Source of the DNA: an uncultured Gammaproteobacteria bacterium
GTDB taxonomy: Bacteria > Patescibacteriota > Patescibacteriia > Magasanikbacterales > UBA922
Length of the DNA: 64,000 bases
Reading direction: 5' to 3'
Assembly: GCA_964597575.1 (NCBI GenBank)
Contig: CAZQXB010000001.1
Coordinates: 778,892-842,891, forward strand
The translations under genes were made by a program, and so were the position numbers. Position 1 is the first letter of the stretch, and each line of letters starts with the position of its first letter. Of this stretch, positions 1-9,164 are shown one piece after another. The notes under the pieces were generated by a model. It worked only from the letters and a program-made list of their open reading frames with translations. It was not told the DNA's origin and made no database searches.

Positions 1-15
1 CGGCCCCTGGCCCAT

Positions 16-49
16 AGAGCGACTCACATCCTACCGAGTCGCTCTTTTC
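16..49 (+). terminator. Intrinsic terminator of an upstream (off-window) transcript
   Basis: Perfect 10-bp inverted repeat AGAGCGACTC (16-25) / GAGTCGCTCT (36-45) followed by a short T tract. Confidence 0.65.
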
Positions 50-64
50 ATTTATAAAGACGGA

Positions 65-93
65 TTGACATTTTCCCCTTTTTATGGCATGAT
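65..93 (+). promoter_or_regulatory. sigma70-type promoter of the tRNA
   Basis: TTGACA (65-70), 17-nt spacer, TGg-CATGAT extended -10 (85-93), 12 nt upstream of the tRNA. Confidence 0.7.
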
Positions 94-105
94 ATTGGGG
101 CATTT

Positions 106-179
106 GTCAGAGTAGCTCAGTTGGTAAGAGCGGAGCATTCATAACGCTCAGGTCGGGAGTTCGACTCTCCCCTCTGACA
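106..179 (+). tRNA. tRNA with CAT anticodon, probably elongator tRNA-Met (Ile2 not excluded); CCA not encoded
   Basis: Acceptor GTCAGAG/CTCTGAC+A, D arm GCTC/GAGC, anticodon loop TT-CAT-AA (138-144), T arm GGGAG-TTCGACT-CTCCC. Lacks the fMet hallmarks (C1:A72, three consecutive G-C anticodon pairs). Confidence 0.93.
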
Positions 180-180
180 C

Positions 181-214
181 AAAAAATACACCTACAAAAA
201 CAGGTGTATTTTTT
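181..214. terminator. Bidirectional terminator between tRNA and PBP gene
   Basis: AAAAAATACACCT-acaaaaac-AGGTGTATTTTTT inverted repeat between convergent genes. Confidence 0.8.
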
Positions 215-229
215 ATGAAGAAAATCTCT

Positions 230-1981
230 CTACCTCGTCGGCGGAATCTGTAAGTACTGCAAGGCAAATTTCGCAATATCTCCAAATACCGGAGCCGCGG
301 TCGATGCAGAATACTCAACAGCAGGTTTTTCAAATTTAATAATCATAACAAAAGCAGGGTTTTCTGCTGGAGCAAACCCGACAAACGAGTGATTGTACGC
401 ATTTTCAATATAGCCCCCAGGCCCAGCGATTTGGGCGGTTCCTGTTTTCCCCGCCACCAAATACCCTGGTACTTTTGCTGGGGTACCATGACCTTTGTCG
501 ACCACACTCACAAGCATGCTTTTTAGCAAAGATGCGGCTCGAGAACTCATCACTTGCCGAAGTTCTTGAGGTTGTATTTTTTCTACCTTGCCGCTGCTAT
601 AACGAATTTCTGAAACAATTCGAGGTAAAACCAAATTTCCTCCGTTCGCAATCGCGGCGTACGCACTCACTAATTGAATCGGGGTCACAGTAATCCCCTG
701 TCCGAACGACGCGGTCGCAGTATAGCAGTCAAAATCACGTTTCGGATTTTTATTGAGCGATTCAATATTTCCCGCCACTTCTGTATCAAGAGTAATACCG
801 GTTTTCGTACCAAATCCAAATGTTTCCACATACTGCTTCAAACGCGTTTTTCCGAGCTTTTCTGCTAACCACACCATGCCGGTATTAATAGAATTATCTA
901 ATACGCCAATCATGGTTTGATCTTGATAGGCCTTATTTCCCGCATTTTGAATTGGTTTGTCACATACCCCTTCTCGAATACCCGAATCATAAAAATGAGT
1001 CTCTGGAGTAACTAGCCCTTCGTCGAGTGCCGCGGCCATGGCCACAGGCTTAAACACTGAACCCGGTTCATACGCCGTAAACACGGTATGGTTATTGTAA
1101 CTTGATACCTCGGCCACCTTGCCGTAATTATTAGGATCAAACGCCGGAGTGTTACACATCGCCAAAATATCCCCATTTTGAGGATTCATCATAACAAGAC
1201 TCGCACTTTCTGCTTTATAAAGAATCGCGGCCTTCTTGAGGCGTTCACAGGCCATAAACTGGAGCGTACGATCAAGGGTGAGAACCACATCCGCCCCATC
1301 TTCGACCGCCGTAAACGCTTGTCCGGCAACAGGAATAAGTCGACCGCTCGCGCTCCGTACCCCTTCAACAAACCCACCACTTCCAGCCAGGACCTTATCG
1401 AAATACCCCTCAATGCCATAGCGTCCAATGGCTTCTGCTTTATCGGTTTTTCCGACAAAGCCAACCACGTGCGAAGCAAGCTCGCCTTCTGGGTAGTACC
1501 GCTCTGCGTGTCGCTCAAGTGCAATACCCAAAATCTTTTTATCGGCAATCTTACTCGCGAGAGCATCGTCAATTTTAGGCAAAATCGGCTCGTACGGATC
1601 ATCGGGTTTTGAGAGCGTCACAAAATAGCGAAGTTTTTCTTCATCGTTTGCACCAGTGACCGCAGCAAGTTCCCGAGCTGAAGAATCAGCCATTTCTGGG
1701 GTAGTAATTGCTCGAGTATCGGCAAATACGGTGAACGTATCTTTATTTAATGCCACCGGAAAAATTTCTTTGGAATGACTATTCTGCCAATATACTAATC
1801 CACGCTGCGGGCTCATTTTTGCAACGACGCCTTGAATTTCTTCAGCTTTAGCCAAGTACTCTCCGTGCTCTACCACCATAAGCCAAAACAAGCGGAGTAC
1901 CATTACTACCCCAATACCGGCGAGCACCGTAAAGAGCCAGGTCAAACGGTGTTCATACATCTGTGTTCGTGATCCGAGCAT
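230..1981 (-). CDS. ftsI: Class B penicillin-binding protein (FtsI/PBP2-like transpeptidase)
   Basis: N-terminal TM, RxYPxG and GxxGIE dimerisation motifs, SxxK (EPGSVFK), SxN (SIN), KTG (KTGTAQ). Start chosen at ATG 1981, just past the pilT stop. Confidence 0.88.
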   Translation of the reverse strand: MLGSRTQMYEHRLTWLFTVLAGIGVVMVLRLFWLMVVEHGEYLAKAEEIQGVVAKMSPQRGLVYWQNSHSKEIFPVALNKDTFTVFADTRAITTPEMADSSARELAAVTGANDEEKLRYFVTLSKPDDPYEPILPKIDDALASKIADKKILGIALERHAERYYPEGELASHVVGFVGKTDKAEAIGRYGIEGYFDKVLAGSGGFVEGVRSASGRLIPVAGQAFTAVEDGADVVLTLDRTLQFMACERLKKAAILYKAESASLVMMNPQNGDILAMCNTPAFDPNNYGKVAEVSSYNNHTVFTAYEPGSVFKPVAMAAALDEGLVTPETHFYDSGIREGVCDKPIQNAGNKAYQDQTMIGVLDNSINTGMVWLAEKLGKTRLKQYVETFGFGTKTGITLDTEVAGNIESLNKNPKRDFDCYTATASFGQGITVTPIQLVSAYAAIANGGNLVLPRIVSEIRYSSGKVEKIQPQELRQVMSSRAASLLKSMLVSVVDKGHGTPAKVPGYLVAGKTGTAQIAGPGGYIENAYNHSFVGFAPAENPAFVMIIKFEKPAVEYSASTAAPVFGDIAKFALQYLQIPPTR

Positions 1982-1985
1982 GGTT

Positions 1986-3020
1986 TTAAATTCTGCGATC
2001 TTTTCCAGTGCGTCGTTCAGCCGTCTCCTTATCGATAAGCCCCTCCTCAACCAAATCTTTCAGCGCATTTTCCATGGTTTGCATACTATCTTTGCCTCCG
2101 GTTTGAATGGCGCTCCGAATTTGCGCAATATTATTTTCTTTAATTAAGTTGGCAATCGCCGGGGTATTCACTAAAATTTCTCGGGCCGCAATTCTTCCGC
2201 CACCTGTTTTTGGTACTAACTGCTGAGCCACAATACCTCGAAGTACTGACCCAAGCTGAATAAGAATCTGTTTTTGCTTTGGACCGTCAAACACATCCAC
2301 AATACGCTCAACTGCTTCAGCAGCACTTGAAGTATGAAGCGTCGAAAACACCAAATGGCCAGTTTCTGCAGCTGTAAGCACCGTTGCGATGGTTTCTGGA
2401 TCACGCATTTCCCCTACCAAAATAACATTCGGATCTTGACGTAAAACATGTTTCAGTGCCGCGGCAAAAGATTTTGTATCAACTCCGATTTCGCGCTGTT
2501 CAATCAAACTTTGTTTCTCCTCGAAAACAAACTCTACTGGATCTTCAATGGTAATAATATGGGAACGGCGTGTTTTATTTATTTCTTCTACCATGGCGGC
2601 AAGGGTCGTGGATTTTCCGTGTCCGGTGGGGCCGACCACAAGCACGAGCCCATCCATGAGAGACATGAAATTTTTAAGGGCTGGTTCAAAACGAAGCGTT
2701 TCAATATCAGGAATTTTGGGAGGAATCAAACGAGCCGCAAGCCCAATCTTTCCTTCCTGCTGATGCACATTCACACGAAAACGCGCCCCATCTACTTCGT
2801 AGCTGAAATCGAGTTCAAGATCCTCTTCGTACCGCTTTTTTTGTTCACTCGTGAGAAGCTCAAAAATTCCCGCCTCCAATTCCTTTGGATCAAGCACGGT
2901 ATCGTTGACATCCTGAAGCTCTCCATCGACTCGAATAAGTGGTTTTTCCGCGGCGACCAAATGAATATCCGACGCTTTTGCGTCAATGGCAGATTGAAAA
3001 AAGGTATTCAGGGTTTTCAT
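1986..3020 (-). CDS. pilT: Type IV pilus retraction ATPase PilT/PilU family
   Basis: ASDIHL, Walker A GPTGHGKSTT, TIEDPVE Asp box, LRQDPNVILVGEMRD Walker B, TGHLVFSTLH His box. Confidence 0.93.
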   Translation of the reverse strand: MKTLNTFFQSAIDAKASDIHLVAAEKPLIRVDGELQDVNDTVLDPKELEAGIFELLTSEQKKRYEEDLELDFSYEVDGARFRVNVHQQEGKIGLAARLIPPKIPDIETLRFEPALKNFMSLMDGLVLVVGPTGHGKSTTLAAMVEEINKTRRSHIITIEDPVEFVFEEKQSLIEQREIGVDTKSFAAALKHVLRQDPNVILVGEMRDPETIATVLTAAETGHLVFSTLHTSSAAEAVERIVDVFDGPKQKQILIQLGSVLRGIVAQQLVPKTGGGRIAAREILVNTPAIANLIKENNIAQIRSAIQTGGKDSMQTMENALKDLVEEGLIDKETAERRTGKDRRI

Positions 3021-3103
3021 AAAAAATACAGGTATTTCTATAGCGTATTTTACCACACCCTAACCCCCTGTGCTATACTACGCGTAATCACTGATTCCCC
3101 TTT

Positions 3104-3502
3104 ATGAACATATCAAAAACCCTAGCCAAGGAAATAGCTCTCTATATTGTGGTTGGGGTAGGCGGCGTACTGGTTGATGCCTTCACATTTTGGTTGGCCC
3201 TTCGTTTCGGTGCACCGACCATTTTTGCTCAGTGGCTAGCGGCCTTTGCTGGCTCCACCCACAACTTTATATGGCATTACAAGCTGGTCTTTACGCATAA
3301 CCAAAGCATGGGAAAAACCTACATCTACTCAACAGTGATGACCGGGCTCATTGTGATTCTCTCGGGGCCACTCCTTCTGTTTGTCCAATCGATCTTAGAA
3401 AATATTTGGATTAGTAAAATTGTTGTGATTGCAACCACAGCTCTTTTTGCCTACCTCATACGAAAACTATATATCTTCCGCCAAACGTATCCGATAACTT
3501 AG
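3104..3502 (+). CDS. GtrA-family small membrane protein (polyprenyl-P-sugar flippase-like)
   Basis: 132 aa, ~4 TM, YIVVGVGGVLVD, NFIWHYKLVF and terminal RKLYIF pattern typical of GtrA; TG-c-TATACT at 3071-3079 upstream. Confidence 0.75.
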   Translation: MNISKTLAKEIALYIVVGVGGVLVDAFTFWLALRFGAPTIFAQWLAAFAGSTHNFIWHYKLVFTHNQSMGKTYIYSTVMTGLIVILSGPLLLFVQSILENIWISKIVVIATTALFAYLIRKLYIFRQTYPIT

Positions 3503-3506
3503 GGTA

Positions 3507-3839
3507 TCATTTTTGTCGCTTTTTTGCAGCTTCAATTTCTTCTTTGAGAACTTCCCACTGTCGAGTAAGAAGGCTTGTCAAAAACTTTTCCACATTTTTC
3601 GCAAGATGGTGCTTTTTGGTATATTCTTTGACCATTTGTTTTACCAAACGAACATACTGATGGCGTGTAAACTGTTTCCAGGTGGGAGACGCGAGTACTG
3701 TTTTTTTCATGTCTAAAAAGAGAGTTGCAGCCTCCCCTTCCATTTTTTCTTTCGCAGCTCTTCCTTTTGTGGTGGTAAACAACCACATGATTGCCGCTCC
3801 GAGAAGACCTCCGACCACGAATTTCTGAGAATGTTTCAT
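3507..3839 (-). CDS. Small basic membrane-anchored protein (YtxH-like N-terminus)
   Basis: FVVGGLLGAAIMWLFTTTKG resembles the YtxH start; Lys-rich helical remainder. Confidence 0.6.
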   Translation of the reverse strand: MKHSQKFVVGGLLGAAIMWLFTTTKGRAAKEKMEGEAATLFLDMKKTVLASPTWKQFTRHQYVRLVKQMVKEYTKKHHLAKNVEKFLTSLLTRQWEVLKEEIEAAKKRQK

Positions 3840-3862
3840 AGAGAGAGGTTAGTGAATATCTC

Positions 3863-5020
3863 TTAGTATACCTTAGGTGCGTGTCTCTCGGCAACGCGTT
3901 GGTAAAGATCCATAAGAGTGTCCGCAATCCTATCCCATGAGTACAGAGCCACAGTATCTTCGCGCAGCTGTGTTTGGTCTTTAAGACTCCAAGGCGTAAC
4001 CAATTGATCCTGGAGAGCCTGAGCGAGGAGAGCTGGGTTTCCCGGGGGAACGACTCGTCCATGGCCTTTTTTGGCAACCGTACGAAGCCCTGGGAGGTCA
4101 GAGGCAACAACGGGCACACCACTTGCCATCGCCTCAAGAAGTACAAGGCCAAAAGCCTCACCTCGTGTAACGGAAGGAAGCGTAAACACATCGGCGAGGT
4201 TATACATATAAGGAAGTTCGTCGTCAGAGACCCGACCGGTGAAATGGGTAACATCTTCAATATGAAGGGTAGATGCTTCTTTTTCATAGGCAACTCGGTG
4301 CGAGCCATCACCCACTAAAAGCAATTGCACCCGCTCTCCCCGCTTTTTGAGAATAGAAATGGCCTGCAGCAAAATAGGAATACCCTTAAAAGCATGCGCT
4401 TCATCCATCCCCCCAACAAACAAAATCGTTTTGAAATCTTTTCGTAAACCGAAGCGATCGATAAGTATTTGTTTTTTTGGTCGGATAGAAAAGCGGAGAG
4501 GGTCAACCCCAAAAGGAATCTCGTGCCAGATATGGGGGTAGCGTGCGAAATGGCGAGTGGCACTTGTAGTTTGCATATAGTCAAATGTACTCGCGATGCA
4601 GGCGTCGGCCGCACGCAAAAGACGAGGAAGAACTACAGCCTGAGAAAGACGAAAAATCATACCAAGAAACCCGTGAGTGACAGGCTCCATATGGTAACTG
4701 AGCACCAAAGGAATGTTCGGATGAAGTGTTTTAAACGAAGCGATCATTTCATGAGCACCAAAAAAGGGATAGTGAAAATGAACAAGCTCAGCGCCTTCAA
4801 GCGCCTTAAAAAGCCCAGGAGTGAAGGCTCCATTGCCGTATGAAGCAAGGGTCGGGAGTCGAACGACGGTAGGGTCTGGTGGTATATTTTTCTTGTATCG
4901 CGGAGTAACCGCAATAACATCATGCCCACGAGCTCGGAGCGCTTGGCACATTTCAAAAGCCACCTGGCCCATGCCGGCCTTATATGGCGGATATACACAG
5001 ACCACGTGGACTACACGCAT
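3863..5020 (-). CDS. GT4 glycosyltransferase
   Basis: GT-B signature EAFGLVLLEAMASGVPVVASD, ILFVGG, KGIPILLQA. Confidence 0.9.
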   Translation of the reverse strand: MRVVHVVCVYPPYKAGMGQVAFEMCQALRARGHDVIAVTPRYKKNIPPDPTVVRLPTLASYGNGAFTPGLFKALEGAELVHFHYPFFGAHEMIASFKTLHPNIPLVLSYHMEPVTHGFLGMIFRLSQAVVLPRLLRAADACIASTFDYMQTTSATRHFARYPHIWHEIPFGVDPLRFSIRPKKQILIDRFGLRKDFKTILFVGGMDEAHAFKGIPILLQAISILKKRGERVQLLLVGDGSHRVAYEKEASTLHIEDVTHFTGRVSDDELPYMYNLADVFTLPSVTRGEAFGLVLLEAMASGVPVVASDLPGLRTVAKKGHGRVVPPGNPALLAQALQDQLVTPWSLKDQTQLREDTVALYSWDRIADTLMDLYQRVAERHAPKVY

Positions 5021-5023
5021 ACA

Positions 5024-5359
5024 CTATTTTTTAGAAATGTCTCGCAAAGCAAGTTCGCGGACAAGGGAGGTGAGCTGGCGCTCGAGTCGATCAAAATGAA
5101 CTTCAGCTCGAAATAAGAGTGCAAAAATGAGAGTAATGGCAGCGTACACAACGAGGTCAGCTCCACGGCCAATACCGAAAGTTTCGGCGACTCGAGAAGC
5201 ACTCTCAGGCCACAATGTTACAAGTGTTGCTAAACACCAAAAACAAAGCCATAAAAGAAGCGCTCGCGCGGACCATGACTTTCGAATTTTCAAATACACT
5301 CCCCCAATTGACGCAAGCACTGCCACCCCTAAAAATACCCACTGAAAAGTAATAAGCAT
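5024..5359 (-). CDS. DUF2304-family accessory membrane protein (GacJ/Rv3632-like)
   Basis: 111 aa, 3 TM, FGIGRGADLVVY and C-terminal LTSLVRELAL motifs; directly downstream of a DPM-like GT2. Confidence 0.85.
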   Translation of the reverse strand: MLITFQWVFLGVAVLASIGGVYLKIRKSWSARALLLWLCFWCLATLVTLWPESASRVAETFGIGRGADLVVYAAITLIFALLFRAEVHFDRLERQLTSLVRELALRDISKK

Positions 5360-5361
5360 AT

Positions 5362-6021
5362 TTATGAAGAAAAACGACCAAAAAATAAATCGCGCAATAC
5401 TTTAAACCCTTGGAAAAACCGCTGACCATACCGGTGATACGTCACATGAATGGGCAACTCTCCATATCGCAAATGTGCCCGACCAACCAGTACCGGTATT
5501 TCGCTTGCATGAGCCATTCGATCTTGAGTGATACGAAGTTGTGGCAAGGCAGTACCGCGAATAACCCGAAACCCACAATGACTATCTGACAGAGTGATGC
5601 CACCGAGAACATGATTGATTAATTTAGCTCCAGGCCAAATAACAAAGCGTTTCATGGCTGGAAGTTTATACTCGGCAGAATGGATTCGCTTGCCAATAAC
5701 AATATCAAGTTTTTTTTCTTCAAGAAGGTGAATTCCTCGGGCCACATCTTCTACGTCAAACTGGTCATCCCCATCGAAATGAACAACTACCTCTGCTTGA
5801 ACTATTTTGGCATACTCGTGGCCCGTTTGAAGCGCTGCACCCTGACCTCGATTAATCACATGGCGCAAAACCACAGCCCCGGCTTCAGTCGCCGCTTTAT
5901 GTGTTTCATCAACCGACCCATCATCAACTACGACTATTTGGTCTACATACGAAGAAAGGTTCCGCACAACGGAACCAATTTTCTTCTCTTCATTCAGCGC
6001 AGGAACTATTGCGAGACGCAT
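5362..6021 (-). CDS. GT2 polyprenyl-phosphate HexNAc/hexose transferase (GacI/PpgS-like)
   Basis: VPALNEE, VVDDGSVD, NRGQGAAL, FDGDDQ, DSHCGFR, MAHASEI; paired with DUF2304. Confidence 0.85.
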   Translation of the reverse strand: MRLAIVPALNEEKKIGSVVRNLSSYVDQIVVVDDGSVDETHKAATEAGAVVLRHVINRGQGAALQTGHEYAKIVQAEVVVHFDGDDQFDVEDVARGIHLLEEKKLDIVIGKRIHSAEYKLPAMKRFVIWPGAKLINHVLGGITLSDSHCGFRVIRGTALPQLRITQDRMAHASEIPVLVGRAHLRYGELPIHVTYHRYGQRFFQGFKVLRDLFFGRFSS

Positions 6022-6044
6022 ACGAAAAACACAGAAGGGGCGCC

Positions 6045-7064
6045 TTAAAAGGCCATAAATTCCTTATTAGCAATAGCATAATCAATAGTTTGACGCAAGC
6101 CATCTTCAAGACGAACGAGTGGTAACCAACCAAGGGCTTCTTTGGCGCGACGAAGGTCAGGAACGCCTTTTTTACTCATGTACGCAAGCGGGGTATCAAA
6201 CACTACCCGGGAGCGAGATTTCGTCATGGCCAAAATAAGTTCAGCCACATCGGTCATACGATAAATTTGATCTGCTCCCAAATTCACAATGTGCGTTTCT
6301 GGAGCAGTACGCATCAGACGAATCATGCCATCAACCACATCAGACACATAGCAGAGAGATTGCGACAATTCTCGATCACCATAAATAATCACGTCTTTCC
6401 CTTCGAGCGCGTTCACAATAAAATCGGGAATGAGCAAGCCATCACGCAAACGCATGCGCGGTCCGTAGGTAGGAAAAACACGCGCAATTTTAGCATCCAC
6501 TCCATGAACCTGCCGATACGTTTCAACACAGGTTTCGCCAAACCGCTTTCCCTCATCATAGCATGCACGGCTCGAAAGATGGTCAACTTTCCCCTCATCA
6601 GTTTCAGCGAACATGAAATGATCTCGAGTGGGTTCTCCGTAAATAACTGAACTTGAAGAAAAAACGTATTTAGCACGATGTTCGCGTGCGAGTTCGAGTG
6701 TCATCATCACCCCAATGGAATTCGCAGCCAGTGATTGGAGCTTGTGCGATTCAAAGTTTTTTGGACTTGTCGGGCAAGCCAAATGGTAAATTTCTTGAAC
6801 ACCCTGGTACTTCACATGAAATTTATCGAGTTCGGGAAACTGCGTTAAATCAATGGGTTTAGTGACATCGTACTTAATAAATTCAAAATCGGGATACTGA
6901 AGCAAGTGTTCAATATTTTGAATACCAGAATTGGACAAATCATCAATACAAATCACTTTCGCGTCACGAAGTAATCGCTCGGAAAGGTGCGACCCCAAAA
7001 ATCCGGCACCGCCGGTAACAATCACATTCTTTTTTTCAAAGACTCCGGTATTTTTTTCAAACAT
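6045..7064 (-). CDS. NAD-dependent epimerase/dehydratase, UDP-glucuronate decarboxylase-like paralog
   Basis: TGGAGFLGSHL, IYHLACPTSP, CYDEGKR (YxxxK), TYGPRM. Confidence 0.85.
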   Translation of the reverse strand: MFEKNTGVFEKKNVIVTGGAGFLGSHLSERLLRDAKVICIDDLSNSGIQNIEHLLQYPDFEFIKYDVTKPIDLTQFPELDKFHVKYQGVQEIYHLACPTSPKNFESHKLQSLAANSIGVMMTLELAREHRAKYVFSSSSVIYGEPTRDHFMFAETDEGKVDHLSSRACYDEGKRFGETCVETYRQVHGVDAKIARVFPTYGPRMRLRDGLLIPDFIVNALEGKDVIIYGDRELSQSLCYVSDVVDGMIRLMRTAPETHIVNLGADQIYRMTDVAELILAMTKSRSRVVFDTPLAYMSKKGVPDLRRAKEALGWLPLVRLEDGLRQTIDYAIANKEFMAF

Positions 7065-7115
7065 ACTTCTTTTTTAGTATACCACACCAAGTAACGAGAA
7101 GGATACTATCTTTTG

Positions 7116-9152
7116 TTACAAAAGGGGTTCAGTAAACATCTCGAGCCGACTGTTGGGTGGAAGATCAGGGAATTCCCACATCTCAAGCAGCCGTGGACGG
7201 TCATCAAAAACACGAATCGTTTTTCCATTATCCGTTCGTTTTACCACGACCTCAAGATACCGATCGCCGTATAAATCCGCCAAAAGAACTTGGGTCGTAC
7301 TTTTCGCACCCCCTTCTCCTATCGGAAATGCTCGAAGTTCGACTCCTTCATAGGTAAGGTAAGAAACCATTGGACCACTGCCCTGATTATGACCAACCAC
7401 AATTTCAAGGGCATCATCTCCAGTAATATTTCCAATAGCTAAGCTCGTTGGCATACGTACTTTTGGAAGTGAGACTGTATGCTGAACTGATCCATTCGAT
7501 GCAAACAACCGAAGCACGACAGCTCCCTTCGCATCGGCCATGACCGCGGCTACTTCACCTAAAGATGCACTCGGATTGCGTACAATGGTCAGAGCTTTAA
7601 GTGCCTGCCCTGGAGAAGCCGGCACCGTAAGACGCTTTACCCCAAAGAGTGAAAACACTTCGTACCACGTTGACGCATTAGGGACATACACCACAATTTC
7701 AGGAGCATCGGTTCGAGTAACGAAGCCAACAGCCATCTTCGCGTTCGCCGGAGCCGCAATTCTTTTATCACTCACAAGCGTAAAATCACTGGTGTACAAC
7801 CGCAAACGAGCATTCTTAGAATCGACACGTGAAAGCGAAATGTAGGCTAAGTCACCACGAAAAAAGATGGTTTCAACTTGAGTAGCATCCGCAAAAACTT
7901 CTATTTTTTTCTCCTCTCCTAATGAGGAGTTTTTCGCATGTACTTCAAAAGATGACTGGCCTGTGCGCCAAATAGCGAGAGCTCGTGGAATAAACGCGGT
8001 TCGAGTGAGTGCTGCTTTCTCTACCGCCCCAAAGGCTTGAACTAACCCTCGTCCAAAAAGAGCAGCATACTCATCTTCATTTTTCGGCGTCGTTTTAGAG
8101 ACGCTTTCAAATAACGCGGTATACAATTCTTTTGCTTGCCACTCTGGCTGAACACTTTTCACAAGCGCCAAAATTCCGCTTACGAATGGAGCAGCATACG
8201 ACGTTCCACGTTTGCCTGTGGCATAAGCCTCTACAAAACCAACGGCCGGATCATTCGCAATCGTACTCGCAATATCGACACCCGGGGCAGTTACATCAAT
8301 ACAACTTGAACCGCTATTCGAAAACTGAGCAAACATACGCCCTTCGCGAATCGCACTTACCCCAACCACTGTCTGCGCATTTTGAAGAGCGTCCGCACAG
8401 ACTGGATACTGTGGAGTTGTGTTCAGATCAAACAAGCTATTTCCTGCAGCGGCCACCATTGCTACTCCGTGAAAAGCAGCGTACTCAACCGCTGAACGAA
8501 GTTCGGTATCGTACGCACTTCCTACCAAACTTACATTAATAATGTCAGCTCCATTATCAACGGCATATCGAATCGCCTTTCCAAGAACAAAGCTCTCTGA
8601 AACCCCAGTTTCATCAACAACACGCACGCTCATAAGCTTCACGCGCCAATTGATGCCACGACCATGGATTCCATTGTCTCCGCGAGCGCCAATAATTCCG
8701 GCGACAATAGTTGCGTGACTAATATTTTCATGTTCTTCCGCTGAAAGATTCGTTCGAAGGCGCGGGCGCACATTGGGGTTCCCCCCTACCTCATCTGGCC
8801 CAATTTCTCCATCCCCATTCAAATCATCTGGAATAAAATTCCATCCGTACACATCATCAACATACCCATTTCGGTCATCATCAAGACCATTTTGAGCAAT
8901 CTCCCGACGGTTCGTCCAAATATTCTGAACTAAATCTGGGTGATCAATATCAATACCGTTATCAATAACAGCAACCACAGTATCGTCTGAACCCGTCGTA
9001 ATCTCCCATGCCTCAGGGACACGAAGTAACTCATACGCCCAGCGCAAGGGCTCTGGATCATTTGAAACTTTCGCATGTACTAGCCCTGGAAAACCCAAAA
9101 AAAGAATAAGCAAAAGAAGAAAGGGACGCACCAAAGAAAGACGTCTGCACAT
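7116..9152 (-). CDS. Secreted S8 subtilisin-like serine protease with C-terminal FG-GAP-like repeats
   Basis: Signal peptide (VHA|K); catalytic triad VAVIDNG / SHATIVAG / GTSYAAP; oxyanion AAGN; GLDDDRNGYVDD insert; C-terminal GNITGDDALEIVVG and ADLYGDRYLEVVV. Confidence 0.88.
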   Translation of the reverse strand: MCRRLSLVRPFLLLLILFLGFPGLVHAKVSNDPEPLRWAYELLRVPEAWEITTGSDDTVVAVIDNGIDIDHPDLVQNIWTNRREIAQNGLDDDRNGYVDDVYGWNFIPDDLNGDGEIGPDEVGGNPNVRPRLRTNLSAEEHENISHATIVAGIIGARGDNGIHGRGINWRVKLMSVRVVDETGVSESFVLGKAIRYAVDNGADIINVSLVGSAYDTELRSAVEYAAFHGVAMVAAAGNSLFDLNTTPQYPVCADALQNAQTVVGVSAIREGRMFAQFSNSGSSCIDVTAPGVDIASTIANDPAVGFVEAYATGKRGTSYAAPFVSGILALVKSVQPEWQAKELYTALFESVSKTTPKNEDEYAALFGRGLVQAFGAVEKAALTRTAFIPRALAIWRTGQSSFEVHAKNSSLGEEKKIEVFADATQVETIFFRGDLAYISLSRVDSKNARLRLYTSDFTLVSDKRIAAPANAKMAVGFVTRTDAPEIVVYVPNASTWYEVFSLFGVKRLTVPASPGQALKALTIVRNPSASLGEVAAVMADAKGAVVLRLFASNGSVQHTVSLPKVRMPTSLAIGNITGDDALEIVVGHNQGSGPMVSYLTYEGVELRAFPIGEGGAKSTTQVLLADLYGDRYLEVVVKRTDNGKTIRVFDDRPRLLEMWEFPDLPPNSRLEMFTEPLL

Positions 9153-9164
9153 AAAGGAAACGCT

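Noticed and set aside
1-17. Possible 3' end of another tRNA (..CCCTGGCCCA) or of a CDS ending in TAG
   Set aside because: Too little sequence in the window to decide
148-333. 61-aa minus-strand ORF
   Set aside because: Runs antisense through the tRNA and terminator; spurious
1982-2050. Extended N-terminus of the PBP (and similar extensions at 52435-52572, 54589-54693, 25264-25326, 26067-26177)
   Set aside because: Longest-ORF artefacts overlapping upstream genes or promoters; internal ATGs fit operon spacing better
3532-4311. 259-aa alternative-frame ORF overlapping GT4 and the YtxH-like gene
   Set aside because: No recognisable motifs; overlaps two better-supported genes on the same strand
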